Source: Acidimicrobiia bacterium (GTDB lineage Bacteria > Actinomycetota > Acidimicrobiia > Acidimicrobiales > Bin134). Taken from it: a stretch of DNA of 64,000 bases. How positions within the stretch are numbered: position 1 is the first letter of the stretch; the number at the start of each line of letters is the position of its first letter. The DNA lies in NCBI GenBank assembly GCA_022821445.1, contig JAJEDQ010000038.1, forward strand, positions 7,312 to 71,311. Reading direction: 5' to 3'. This document shows positions 35,478 through 43,996 of this stretch, piece by piece. The translations under genes and the position numbers were made by a program. Under the pieces are notes generated by a model. That model saw only the letters and a list, made by a program, of their open reading frames with translations, did no database searches and was not told the DNA's origin.

Positions 35478-36122
35478 TTACGCGTCAGCGGCGTCGTCGG
35501 CCATCTCGGTTGCCCGATCGATCCCCAGGGTCACCAGGAGATCCTCGTGCAGCTCGAACCACACCTCATGGTATGAATCCATAGAGGGTTTCGTAAACCA
35601 ATTAAGGTCACCGCCCTGCACGCGAGACAGCGCGTTGTCGAGCCGCCCTCCATAGTGTCCGAATCGGTCGAGGGCATCGGCCAAGCGGGCGACGAGCGGC
35701 TGAACCCGCCGGTTGATCTCGGCCAGACGGGCGATTGCCGCGGCGTCGTAGTCGGAATCGGTGTGGTCGTTGAGGGTCTGGTCGCCGCGCACTTGGAAAT
35801 CGGTGCAGACCTCTTTCAACTGGGGATCCAGCACCCGAAACGACTCGTATTGCTCCTGGATGAGGGTCTTGGTGCCAGAATCCTCGATTTCGGCGGCCAC
35901 TAGACGCTCGGCTTCGGCCCTGCCCTCTCCGAGCAGCATCCACCCCTGGGCTCGCTTCCCGTCTCGGTAGCGCACCCACCCCCGCTCGCCCAGCTCGCTC
36001 AAAACTCCGGCGGCCTGTGCCGCCGACAAGCCGGTGGCCAGGGCCACAGATTCAGCGTCGGCCATGCCCTTGGTGCGCAGCGCATAGAGGACGCGCCCCT
36101 CCATCCCAAACGAATACGGCAC
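35478..36122 (-). CDS. Hypothetical protein with an N-terminal winged-helix (MarR/PadR-like) segment
   Basis: 214 aa with ...VLYALRTKGMADAESVALATGLSAAQAAGVLSELGERGWVRYRDG.... The start is uncertain: the track start overlaps the SURF1 gene end by 71 nt, and internal Met codons exist at 36104 and 36065. Confidence 0.6.
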   Translation of the reverse strand: MPYSFGMEGRVLYALRTKGMADAESVALATGLSAAQAAGVLSELGERGWVRYRDGKRAQGWMLLGEGRAEAERLVAAEIEDSGTKTLIQEQYESFRVLDPQLKEVCTDFQVRGDQTLNDHTDSDYDAAAIARLAEINRRVQPLVARLADALDRFGHYGGRLDNALSRVQGGDLNWFTKPSMDSYHEVWFELHEDLLVTLGIDRATEMADDAADA

Positions 36123-36882
36123 CAGATAAGCCTACTTCCGCTTCTCGATCCCGGTCTCCGGGGCGGCCTAGGCGGCGCAGGATGAGGGGGTAGCCAACCG
36201 CCGTGATGGTGGCGAAGACGAACCACTGCACGGCGTAGGCCAGATGCGAGCCCTCTCCGAGATCGGGCGCTGGGACGGGGACGGGCAGGTCGCCCCCTGG
36301 GGGCGACTGTGCTTGCAGTTGCACGTACACCGGGAGCAGGGGGCCATCGATCTGCTGGGACAGGCGGGCCAGATCGGGGCGGGCCATCTCGGTGAGCACT
36401 CCGCTAGAGGGATCGGCCTGCTGGAGCCCGGCGGCGGTGACCGTGGCCCGAACCAGCCCGATCACCCCCACTTGGCCAGCCGGTGGCGCAAACTCTGCGG
36501 GGCTGGTGCCAGAGCCCGCCCCATGGGGAATCCAGCCTCGGTTGACGGCCACCACCTCCCCGGATTGCAGTCGCAGCGGGGTGAGCACCCAGTATCCGGC
36601 AGACCCCTGGTAGCTGCGATTGCGGATGAGCACCTGATCCCCGGGCTGGTAGACGCCGATCACCCGGACCGAGCGGAACTCAAGGTCGTCGCCAGTGTCA
36701 TATCCACCGCCGGCCCCCACCAGATCCTGCAATTCGACTACGGGTAGCTGGCTGCGGCTGGTGATGGTGCTGTTGCGGTCTTTGCGCTCAGACAGCCGGT
36801 GGAGCTGCCAGAATCCAGCGGTGACCATGGCGACCACCGCCAAGAGCACCGCGATGTTCAGCAATAGGCGCCGGACCGACAC
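36052..36882 (-). CDS. SURF1 family protein (cytochrome oxidase assembly)
   Basis: 276 aa with an N-terminal TM helix plus FWQLHRL, central NRGWIP, and C-terminal HLAYAVQWFVFA, all SURF1 hallmarks. Confidence 0.8.
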   Translation of the reverse strand: MSVRRLLLNIAVLLAVVAMVTAGFWQLHRLSERKDRNSTITSRSQLPVVELQDLVGAGGGYDTGDDLEFRSVRVIGVYQPGDQVLIRNRSYQGSAGYWVLTPLRLQSGEVVAVNRGWIPHGAGSGTSPAEFAPPAGQVGVIGLVRATVTAAGLQQADPSSGVLTEMARPDLARLSQQIDGPLLPVYVQLQAQSPPGGDLPVPVPAPDLGEGSHLAYAVQWFVFATITAVGYPLILRRLGRPGDRDREAEVGLSGAVFVWDGGARPLCAAHQGHGRR

Positions 36883-36895
36883 GATTGGGTTCTAG

Positions 36896-37666
36896 CTAGA
36901 TATCCAGCAAAGCGTCGAGGCCGACGATGAGCCCGTAGCGCTCGGGGGCCGCCTTTACCGCAGCGAGCACGCCGGGCATGAACGATGAGCGGTCGGTGGA
37001 GTCTTGGCGGATGGTGAGGGTTTGGCCCTCGGCCCCCAAGATCACCTCATGATGGGCCACCATGCCCCTCATGCGCACGGCGTGGACTCGGATGCCGGTA
37101 GGGCCCTCTGCCCCCCTAACGCCGGACAGCATTTCGTGCTCGGTGGGATCGGGGGCCCAGTCGCCCGAGGCGGCCGCCATCTTCTCCACGGTGAGCCGGG
37201 CGGTGCCCGAAGGAGCGTCGATCTTGGCGTCGTGATGCAGCTCGATCACCTCGGCGGTGTCGAAGTAGGGCGCGGCCAGCTCGGCAAACCGCATCATCAG
37301 AACGGCGCTGATGGCGAAGTTGGGGGCGATGATGCACGCCCTCTCTGCGGTGGTGAAGGCCGCGTGGAAGCGCTCCAAGTCGCCGTCGGTGAACCCGGTG
37401 GTGCCCACCACGGCGTGGATCTGCTGTTCGGCCAGCCAGACCAGATTGTCCCGGGCGGCTTCGGCGACGGTGAAGTCCACCACGACGTCGGCGCCGGCAT
37501 CGGCCACCGCTTGGCGGTCGGCAACCGAAACCACTCCACCCGCAGACGCCCCCACGCGGTTGGGGTCCACTGAGGCCACCAATTCCAGGTCGGGGTCAGC
37601 GGCAACCGCCTCGCAGACGGTGGCCCCCATTCTCCCTCCCGCGCCGAACACCCCTACCCGGATCAT
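36896..37666 (-). CDS. dapB: 4-hydroxy-tetrahydrodipicolinate reductase
   Basis: 256 aa with N-terminal IRVGVFGAGGRMG (NAD(P)-binding) and ELHHDAKIDAPSGTA (the DapB signature). Confidence 0.92.
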   Translation of the reverse strand: MIRVGVFGAGGRMGATVCEAVAADPDLELVASVDPNRVGASAGGVVSVADRQAVADAGADVVVDFTVAEAARDNLVWLAEQQIHAVVGTTGFTDGDLERFHAAFTTAERACIIAPNFAISAVLMMRFAELAAPYFDTAEVIELHHDAKIDAPSGTARLTVEKMAAASGDWAPDPTEHEMLSGVRGAEGPTGIRVHAVRMRGMVAHHEVILGAEGQTLTIRQDSTDRSSFMPGVLAAVKAAPERYGLIVGLDALLDI

Positions 37667-37729
37667 GAACGAGACGATATAGGGCTGAACCGTGAGAATT
37701 CGGCTCAGAAAAAGAAGCGGAAAACTGGG

Positions 37730-40360
37730 TTAGCGCGGCGCCCGGTCTCGGTCGCGGCCGCGACCCCCGCCGCGACGGTGCGAGCCACCGCCCGGCCCGA
37801 GATCGCCGAACTCGTCGCGCAGCTGGGTTTCGAAGTCGTCTTCAAAGGATGCCGCCTGGGAAGGGCCGTCCCAGTCGCTGCGATCGCGGCCACCCCGCTC
37901 GTTGGAGCGACGGCCGTCGCGGCCCCCCCGGTCATCGCGGCGGTCGTCACGGCGACCCCGACGATCATCACGATCCCGGCCCCCCCGGTCATCAGACCGG
38001 CGGCTGCCGCGGTCGCGGCCTCCCCGGTCATCGCGGCGGTCGTCACGGCGACCCCGGGCATCAGACCGGCGATTGTCGCGGTCGCGGCCCCCCCGGTCAT
38101 CGCGGCGGTCGTCACGGCGATCCCGACGATCATCACGATCCCGGCCCCCCCGGTCTTCAGACCGGCGGCTGCCGCGGTCGTCGCTGCTGTCGTCACCGGT
38201 CAGCTTGAGGCTGATCTTGCCGTTGGGGTCGATGTCTTCCACGACAACCTCGAGGTCATCGCCCAGAGCGACTACGTCCTCAACCCGCTCAACCCGGCGA
38301 CCCCGGCCCAACTTGGAGATGTGTACCAAGCCATCACGGCCCGGGAGGATGTTCACAAACGCCCCGAAGGCGGTGATGTTCACCACCTTTCCGTTGTAGA
38401 CCTCGCCCACGTCGGCGGTCGGCGGGTCCAAGATCAAGCGGATTTGGCGCTCGGCCTCGTCGACCTTGTCCCGATCGGGTGAGGAGATGGTGACGATGCC
38501 GGCGTCTTGGGCGTCGTCCACGTTCACCTCAGCCCCGGTCTCGGCCTGGATCGTGTTGATGACCTTGCCCTTGGGCCCGATCACCTCGCCGATCTTGTCC
38601 AGCGGGATCTCGAACTTGATGATCTTGGGTGCGGTGGGCCGAACGTCATCGCGGGGGGCATCGATAGCCCCGGCCATGACCTCCAGAATCTTGAGCCGGG
38701 CGTCTCGAGCCTGGTTGAGCGCTCCGGCCAGCACATCGGCGGGCAGCCCGTCGATCTTGGTATCGAGCTGCAAGGCGGTTACAAAGTCGGCGGTGCCCGC
38801 CACTTTGAAGTCCATGTCGCCGAAGGCGTCTTCGGCGCCCAGAATGTCGGTGAGCGTGGTGTACCGACCCTCGTGGAAGACCAAGCCCATGGCGATGCCC
38901 GCCACCGGGGCCTTTATGGGCACGCCCGCGTCCATGAGCGACAGCGTGGACGAGCACACCGAGCCCATCGACGTTGAGCCGTTGGACGACAGCACCTCCG
39001 ACACCAAGCGCAGGGTGTAGGGGAACTCGTCCATGCTGGGGATCACCGGCACCAGCGCCTTCTCCGCCAGGGCGCCGTGGCCGATCTCCCGGCGCTTGGG
39101 GCCCCGCATGAAGCCGGTCTCCCCAGTGGAGTAGGGCGGGAAATTGTAGTGGTGTATGTAGCGCTTCTTGTCGATGGGATCGATCCCGTCGATCATCTGG
39201 TCCATCCGAGCCGTGCCCAGCGTGGTGATGTTCAGCACCTGGGTCTCGCCCCGCTCGAACAGCCCTGAGCCGTGGGCGGTCTCCACCACCCCGACATCGG
39301 AGCCCAGCGGCCGGAGATCGGCCGCGGCCCGACCATCGATTCGCACCCCGTCGTGCACGATGCGGTTGCGCACGATGCTCTTGGTGAGCGAGCGGACGGC
39401 GGCCGAGATCTGCTTGTCGGCGCCCTCCAACTCGGCGAACCGGTCGGCCAGTGCGGATGCGACCTCCTCTTTGGCCTGCGACTCGGCCTCCTGGCGCTCG
39501 GTCTTGTCGGCAATCGACATCGCCGCGGCCAGCTTGTCGGCCCCGACCTCGGCCACCGCCGCTTCCACCTCGGGGGTGTAGTCCACCTGGAGGTCGTATT
39601 CCATGGGGGGCTTCACCCCGGCAGTGGCAATGAGACGGCGCTGGAGACCCACCGCTTCTTTGATCCACTCCTTGGACCGCTCCAAACCCTCGGCCAGGGC
39701 GGCCTCATCCACCTTGGGGGCGCCGTTGCTGTAGTGCTCCCAGCCCGCCTCGGTGCCGTTGGCCTCCACCATCATGATCGCCACGTCGCCGTCGTCCAGA
39801 ACCCGTCCGGCGACCACCATCTCGAACGTGGAGTCGGCACCCTCGGCGTAGGTGGGATGGGGAATCCACTCCCCATCGGCACTGTGGGCCACCCGCACCG
39901 CGCCGATCGGGCCGGCGAACGGGATGCCCGAGATGCTCAGCGCAGCCGATGCCCCGTTGATGGCGATCACGTCGTAGGGGTTCTCCTGGTCGGCGCCGAG
40001 AACGGTTCCGACGATGTGGATCTCGTTGCGGAACCCGTCGGGAAACGAGGGCCGCAGCGGCCGATCGATGAGTCGGCACGTCAGGATGGCCGATTCGGGG
40101 GCCCGACCCTCCCGCCGGAAGAACGAGCCCGGGATCTTGCCCGCGGCATACATCCGCTCTTCGATGTCGACGGTGAGGGGGAAGAAGTCGATACCCTCGC
40201 GAACACGACGGGCAGCCGTCGCGGTCACCAGGATGGTGGTGTCGCCCATGCGAGCGACTACGGCACCGTCGGCCTGTCCGGCCAGACGACCTGCCTCAAA
40301 AGACAGGGTTTTGTTCTCGGCACCGCTGACTGCGGCCGAGACGGTGATGGCTTCCGCCAT
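37730..40360 (-). CDS. pnp: Polyribonucleotide nucleotidyltransferase (PNPase) with a ~154-aa Arg/Asp-rich repeat C-terminal extension
   Basis: Two RNase PH domains, a KH domain and an S1 domain (GEVYNGKVVNITAFGAFVNILPGRDGLVHIS) are present. The start is ATG 40360, preceded by GGAGAGGAG. The tail after ...KISLKLTG is DDRGGRDRDDRRDRRDDRR... Confidence 0.95.
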   Translation of the reverse strand: MAEAITVSAAVSGAENKTLSFEAGRLAGQADGAVVARMGDTTILVTATAARRVREGIDFFPLTVDIEERMYAAGKIPGSFFRREGRAPESAILTCRLIDRPLRPSFPDGFRNEIHIVGTVLGADQENPYDVIAINGASAALSISGIPFAGPIGAVRVAHSADGEWIPHPTYAEGADSTFEMVVAGRVLDDGDVAIMMVEANGTEAGWEHYSNGAPKVDEAALAEGLERSKEWIKEAVGLQRRLIATAGVKPPMEYDLQVDYTPEVEAAVAEVGADKLAAAMSIADKTERQEAESQAKEEVASALADRFAELEGADKQISAAVRSLTKSIVRNRIVHDGVRIDGRAAADLRPLGSDVGVVETAHGSGLFERGETQVLNITTLGTARMDQMIDGIDPIDKKRYIHHYNFPPYSTGETGFMRGPKRREIGHGALAEKALVPVIPSMDEFPYTLRLVSEVLSSNGSTSMGSVCSSTLSLMDAGVPIKAPVAGIAMGLVFHEGRYTTLTDILGAEDAFGDMDFKVAGTADFVTALQLDTKIDGLPADVLAGALNQARDARLKILEVMAGAIDAPRDDVRPTAPKIIKFEIPLDKIGEVIGPKGKVINTIQAETGAEVNVDDAQDAGIVTISSPDRDKVDEAERQIRLILDPPTADVGEVYNGKVVNITAFGAFVNILPGRDGLVHISKLGRGRRVERVEDVVALGDDLEVVVEDIDPNGKISLKLTGDDSSDDRGSRRSEDRGGRDRDDRRDRRDDRRDDRGGRDRDNRRSDARGRRDDRRDDRGGRDRGSRRSDDRGGRDRDDRRGRRDDRRDDRGGRDGRRSNERGGRDRSDWDGPSQAASFEDDFETQLRDEFGDLGPGGGSHRRGGGRGRDRDRAPR
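37733..38194. repeat. Degenerate tandem coding repeats specifying the RD/RGG-rich tail of PNPase
   Basis: Blocks such as GTCGCGGCCCCCCCGGTCATCGCGGCGGTCGTCACGGCGA recur at about 37917, 38017 and 38080. At protein level, DRGGRDRD(D/N)RR... recurs at least 4 times. The repeat also generates spurious long antisense ORFs (37778..38482 + and others). Confidence 0.85.
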
Positions 40361-40414
40361 TTTTGCTCCTCTCCGGACCACGCATGGTCCGAGCGGGCCG
40401 GACGGAGCCAGTTC

Positions 40415-40510
40415 CCAGTTGGAGAGGCCCAGCCTGACTCGGCCCCTTCAACTGGCAGCTGGCCTCTCTCTAGGCCCGCTTATCTGTTTTCTGTCGGTCG
40501 CCCGGGCGAC
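40415..40510 (-). promoter_or_regulatory. Structured rpsO-pnp intercistronic region (interleaved helices plus a 14-nt palindrome)
   Basis: CCAGTTG (40415-21) pairs with CAACTGG (40449-55). GAGAGGCCCAGC (40422-33) pairs with GCTGGCCTCTC (40458-68) with one bulge. These two helices are interleaved. A palindrome GTCGCCCGGGCGAC lies at 40497-40510, just after the rpsO stop. Confidence 0.4.
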
Positions 40511-40519
40511 ACCCGCTTC

Positions 40520-40789
40520 TCAGCGGCGAAGTCCGAGATCGGCGATGATGCCGCGGTACCGCTCAACATCGTTGTCCTTGACGTAGTCGAGCAGCCGGCG
40601 CCGTCGGCCCACCATCATCAGCAAGCCCCGCCTGCTGTGGTGGTCCTTGACGTGAACCTTCAGGTGTTCGGTGAGGTGGTTGATCCGCTCAGTGAGCAAT
40701 GCGATCTGAACCTCAGGCGAGCCTGTGTCGGTATCGTGCAGGCGACGCTTCTCGATTGTCGCGGTCTTTGACGGTAGCTTCTCGGCCAT
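40520..40789 (-). CDS. rpsO: 30S ribosomal protein S15
   Basis: 89 aa with ...[48 protein letters not shown]..., canonical S15. Confidence 0.97.
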   Translation of the reverse strand: MAEKLPSKTATIEKRRLHDTDTGSPEVQIALLTERINHLTEHLKVHVKDHHSRRGLLMMVGRRRRLLDYVKDNDVERYRGIIADLGLRR

Positions 40790-40936
40790 CCCTACTCAGT
40801 GTGTCCGTCGGTCGGAAAAAGGGCGATTGCACTGCTCCATGTCATTTGAGGCTGTGCCTATGCCCGGGGGACCCGTTCAAGCTACCACCCCAAAGACCAA
40901 AACACCTACCTGTGCGTTGTGAGGGATACTGGAGCC

Positions 40937-41797
40937 ATGAAGGTGGTGTCCTTCGGAAGCCTCAACTACGACCTGTCTATCTGGATGGACCGGCTTCCGG
41001 ACCCAGACGAGACGTTGAGAGCCCAGCGAATGGAAGCGTTCTCCGGGGGCAAGGGGGCCAATCAGGCAACGGCAGCGGCCCGCCTCGGGGCCGAGGCGCA
41101 CATGGTGGGCTGCGTGGGCGACGACGACCGGGGCCGCTGGCTGGTGTCGGTGCTCAAGAGCAGCGGTGTGGACACCAGTCTCGTCCGCGTCTCCGAGGAA
41201 CCCACCGGCACGGCGGTACCGCTCATCACCCCGGCCGATGTCTCCATCGTCATTGTGGCCGGGGCCAACGCCAGCACCGGGGCCGCCGATGCTGACGCTG
41301 CCGCGGCAGTCATCGCCGCCGCCGATGTGCTGTTGCTGCAAGGCGAAGTGGGGGCGGCTGGGGCTCGGCGGGCCGCCCAGGCCGCCCGGTCGGGGGGAAC
41401 CGCGGTGGTGTTCAACCCCGCTCCAGTAGACCCATTCCTCGTCGAGGCCGTCATGCCGCTTGCCGATGTCTTGGTGATGAACCGAGCAGAGCAGGTCCAG
41501 ATCGACGCGATCGGCCCGGAAACAGGCCAATGCGACACGGTCATCACATTGGGCAGCCGGGGAGCCCAAGTGGGCGAGGTTGTGGTTCCCCCCTACCCCG
41601 CAGACGTGGTGGATCCCACCGGCGCAGGAGATGCCTTCTGCGGCGCCTTGGGCGTTGCCCTGGCTGAAGAGCGCCCCCTTGTCGAAGCCGTCCGCTTCGC
41701 CAATGCCGCCGGCGCCCTCGCCGTGGCCACCCCCGGCGCTCAACCCTCCATGCCCACGAGGGCCGACGTCGAGACACTGCTCGACAGCCACCGCTAG
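40937..41797 (+). CDS. rbsK: Ribokinase / PfkB family carbohydrate kinase
   Basis: MKVVSFGSLNYDL..., GGKGANQA, and C-terminal DPTGAGDAFCGAL (the PfkB signature). The ATG at 40937 is preceded by GGAG. The track start is GTG 40919. Confidence 0.8.
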   Translation: MKVVSFGSLNYDLSIWMDRLPDPDETLRAQRMEAFSGGKGANQATAAARLGAEAHMVGCVGDDDRGRWLVSVLKSSGVDTSLVRVSEEPTGTAVPLITPADVSIVIVAGANASTGAADADAAAAVIAAADVLLLQGEVGAAGARRAAQAARSGGTAVVFNPAPVDPFLVEAVMPLADVLVMNRAEQVQIDAIGPETGQCDTVITLGSRGAQVGEVVVPPYPADVVDPTGAGDAFCGALGVALAEERPLVEAVRFANAAGALAVATPGAQPSMPTRADVETLLDSHR

Positions 41798-42906
41798 CCG
41801 CCGCTGAGGGCGGGCATCACGTGGGTGGCGGTGAGGCGAAGGCTCTCCATAACTTTGTCGTGGGGGATGGCGTAAGGGTTCATCATGCACAACAGCAGGT
41901 CGACGCCGAGGTCGGCGAAGCCCTGGCATAGCTCGATGCACTGGTCGGGGTCACCCGCTATGGCCACGCCCTGTTCCACTAGCTCCTCGATGCTGAACGT
42001 GGTGTCCCAATCGGCTTCCGCGGTCATTCCGGGGAGATACCGCAAGTAGTTCCAGTCGCCGAGATCGGCGCCCTCTTCCTGGAGCATCTCGGCCACGCTG
42101 CCCACCAGCTTGAATGCCACCGTGGGATACCACCAGAACGATTCTCGGGCGTTCTCGTAGGCCTCGGCCGTGGTGGGTGCGCAGTGAAACATGGCGAAGG
42201 TGGCCACCCGGTCGTTCACATAGCCGCCCACCGGATTCTGGCAGGCCTCCACCGCCTCGCGGTACAGGTCAACCCGCAGGGCCAACTCCTCCAGCGATAC
42301 CCCCGCGCTGAATGAGAGCAAGCCCATTCCCATCTCCCCCACCAGTTGATGGGTCTCGCGGCTGCCGGTGGCGGCCCACAGGGGAGGATGGGGCTTCTGC
42401 ACCGGCTTGGGCAATACCCGACGGCGGGGCATCGACCAATGCTGACCCTGGAACTCATGCTCGTCGTTCAGCCAGCAGCCGGCGATGTGCTCGACCGCCT
42501 CAGCCCACATGGCCCTGGTCTCCCGGGGGTCGATCCCGAATCCCTCGAGCTCGGCTCGGGTAGTGGAGCGGCCGGTGCCGAACTCCACCCGCCCCCCGCT
42601 GATCACATCCAGCGTGGCGGCCGACTCGGCGCTGCGAACCGGGTGGTTGTAAGGCTTGGGCGTCAAGCGCACGCCATAGCCCAACCGAATCCGCTCGGTG
42701 AGCGCGGCCACCGCCCCGTAGAGCACCTCGGGATTGGAGCTGTGGGACATCTCCTCCAGAAAGTGGTGCTCGACCGTCCAAAAGCTGTGATACCCGAGTT
42801 GGTCGGCCAGCACTGCCTGCTGGATGAGCTCCTTGTACCGAAGCTGCTCGCTTTCGTGGTGCCACGGCCGAGGTACGGGAATCTCCGAGAAAAGAGCTAA
42901 CTCCAT
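41794..42906 (-). CDS. LLM-class (luciferase-like) flavin-dependent oxidoreductase
   Basis: 370 aa with the N-terminal pattern ...LADQLGYHSFWTVEHHF... and GRVEFGTGRS, typical of luciferase-like monooxygenases. Confidence 0.75.
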   Translation of the reverse strand: MELALFSEIPVPRPWHHESEQLRYKELIQQAVLADQLGYHSFWTVEHHFLEEMSHSSNPEVLYGAVAALTERIRLGYGVRLTPKPYNHPVRSAESAATLDVISGGRVEFGTGRSTTRAELEGFGIDPRETRAMWAEAVEHIAGCWLNDEHEFQGQHWSMPRRRVLPKPVQKPHPPLWAATGSRETHQLVGEMGMGLLSFSAGVSLEELALRVDLYREAVEACQNPVGGYVNDRVATFAMFHCAPTTAEAYENARESFWWYPTVAFKLVGSVAEMLQEEGADLGDWNYLRYLPGMTAEADWDTTFSIEELVEQGVAIAGDPDQCIELCQGFADLGVDLLLCMMNPYAIPHDKVMESLRLTATHVMPALSGG

Positions 42907-42914
42907 ACCAGTCA

Positions 42915-43006
42915 GTGGGAAGGCTCGGCCATCAAGATCTCCCGGGAGAGGAGAATGAGCTTCATGGCTTTTGGTGGGAAGGTTCCGCCATCAAGATCTC
43001 CCGGGA
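42915..43006. repeat. 33-bp duplication of the ribF 3' end (31/33 identical) at a 59-bp offset
   Basis: GTGGGAAGGCTCGGCCATCAAGATCTCCCGGGA at 42915-42947 versus GTGGGAAGGTTCCGCCATCAAGATCTCCCGGGA at 42974-43006. Both encode SREILMAEPSH on the minus strand. The downstream copy is immediately followed by TGA (42912-14), 5 nt before the LLM gene ATG. Confidence 0.9.
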
Positions 43007-43990
43007 CAAGGCGACGTCGATGCGGAGCTGTTTCACCAGGGGTTCGATGCCGTCGAAACGGTGCTCGCTTCTCAGCAACTCCACAAACTCGACTCTGGCC
43101 TCCTCGCCGTAGAGGTCTCCCTCGAAATCCAGGAGATGCGCCTCCAACAGCGATTGCTGGGCGTGCTCGTAGAACGTGGGCCGCCGGCCGATGTTGATGG
43201 CTGCCATGTACCGGGACCCGTCGGGACGGGTATACCAGCCGGCGTAAACCGCGTCGGCGGGCCAGGCCATAGCTATGGACACCGGGATGTTGGCGGTGGG
43301 AAATCCGATGGTCATCCCCCGCCGATCCCCCAGCACCACCTTGCCCCTGATCTCGTGGTACCGCCCCAGCATGGCCGCCGCCGTGCGAACATCCCCGCCG
43401 GCCAGCGCCCGGCGCACGGCAGTTGAGGACACCGGCTCGGGCCATTTGTCATCATGATGAAGGAGCTTCACCGCGTGAACCTCGAAGCCCATCTCCATGC
43501 CGAATTTCCGCAACGTGTCGATGTTTCCCAGACGCGCCCGGCCGAAGTGGAAATCTTCGCCCACCACCACGCTTCGAACCTGAAGCCTCTTCACAAACAC
43601 CTCGCGCACAAAGTCTTCCGGCATCGTGTGGGCTCGGTCGGGAGAGAACTCAATCAGGTACACGTATTCGATGCCGGCCGCATCAAGCAGCTCCAGCTTC
43701 TGATCGAGGGAGTTCAGGAGCTTGGGGGCGTTCTCCGGCCGCAACACCAGCGCTGGATGGCGGTCGAATGTAACCACTGCGGGGGCCACACCCAATCGAT
43801 CAGCTTCGCCAAGAAGCTGATCGATCACCGCCTGGTGTCCAACATGGACGCCGTCGTACACGCCGATACTGGCCGCGGTCTCCTGAATGCCTTCGAAGCG
43901 GCCGAAGTCCTCGATGACCTGCACCGCTCTGCACGGTAGCGGGCGAAGCCTCAGAGTGGACAATCCCGGTCGTGGCGATGGAGCGCTCAC
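42962..43990 (-). CDS. ribF: Bifunctional riboflavin kinase / FAD synthetase
   Basis: IGVYDGVHVGHQAVI (FAD synthetase nucleotidyltransferase motif), plus GFPTANI and a C-terminal kinase domain. The true start is probably downstream of 43990 (for example within ...AVQVIEDFG...). Confidence 0.88.
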   Translation of the reverse strand: MSAPSPRPGLSTLRLRPLPCRAVQVIEDFGRFEGIQETAASIGVYDGVHVGHQAVIDQLLGEADRLGVAPAVVTFDRHPALVLRPENAPKLLNSLDQKLELLDAAGIEYVYLIEFSPDRAHTMPEDFVREVFVKRLQVRSVVVGEDFHFGRARLGNIDTLRKFGMEMGFEVHAVKLLHHDDKWPEPVSSTAVRRALAGGDVRTAAAMLGRYHEIRGKVVLGDRRGMTIGFPTANIPVSIAMAWPADAVYAGWYTRPDGSRYMAAINIGRRPTFYEHAQQSLLEAHLLDFEGDLYGEEARVEFVELLRSEHRFDGIEPLVKQLRIDVALSREILMAEPSHQKP

Positions 43991-43996
43991 CGGCCC

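Noticed and set aside
36052-36122. The 71-nt overlap between the SURF1 gene end and the wHTH gene start as a programmed overlap or frameshift.
   Set aside because: It is more simply explained by an over-extended start for the wHTH ORF, because internal Met codons at 36104 and 36065 shorten or nearly remove the overlap. No slippery sequence was noticed.
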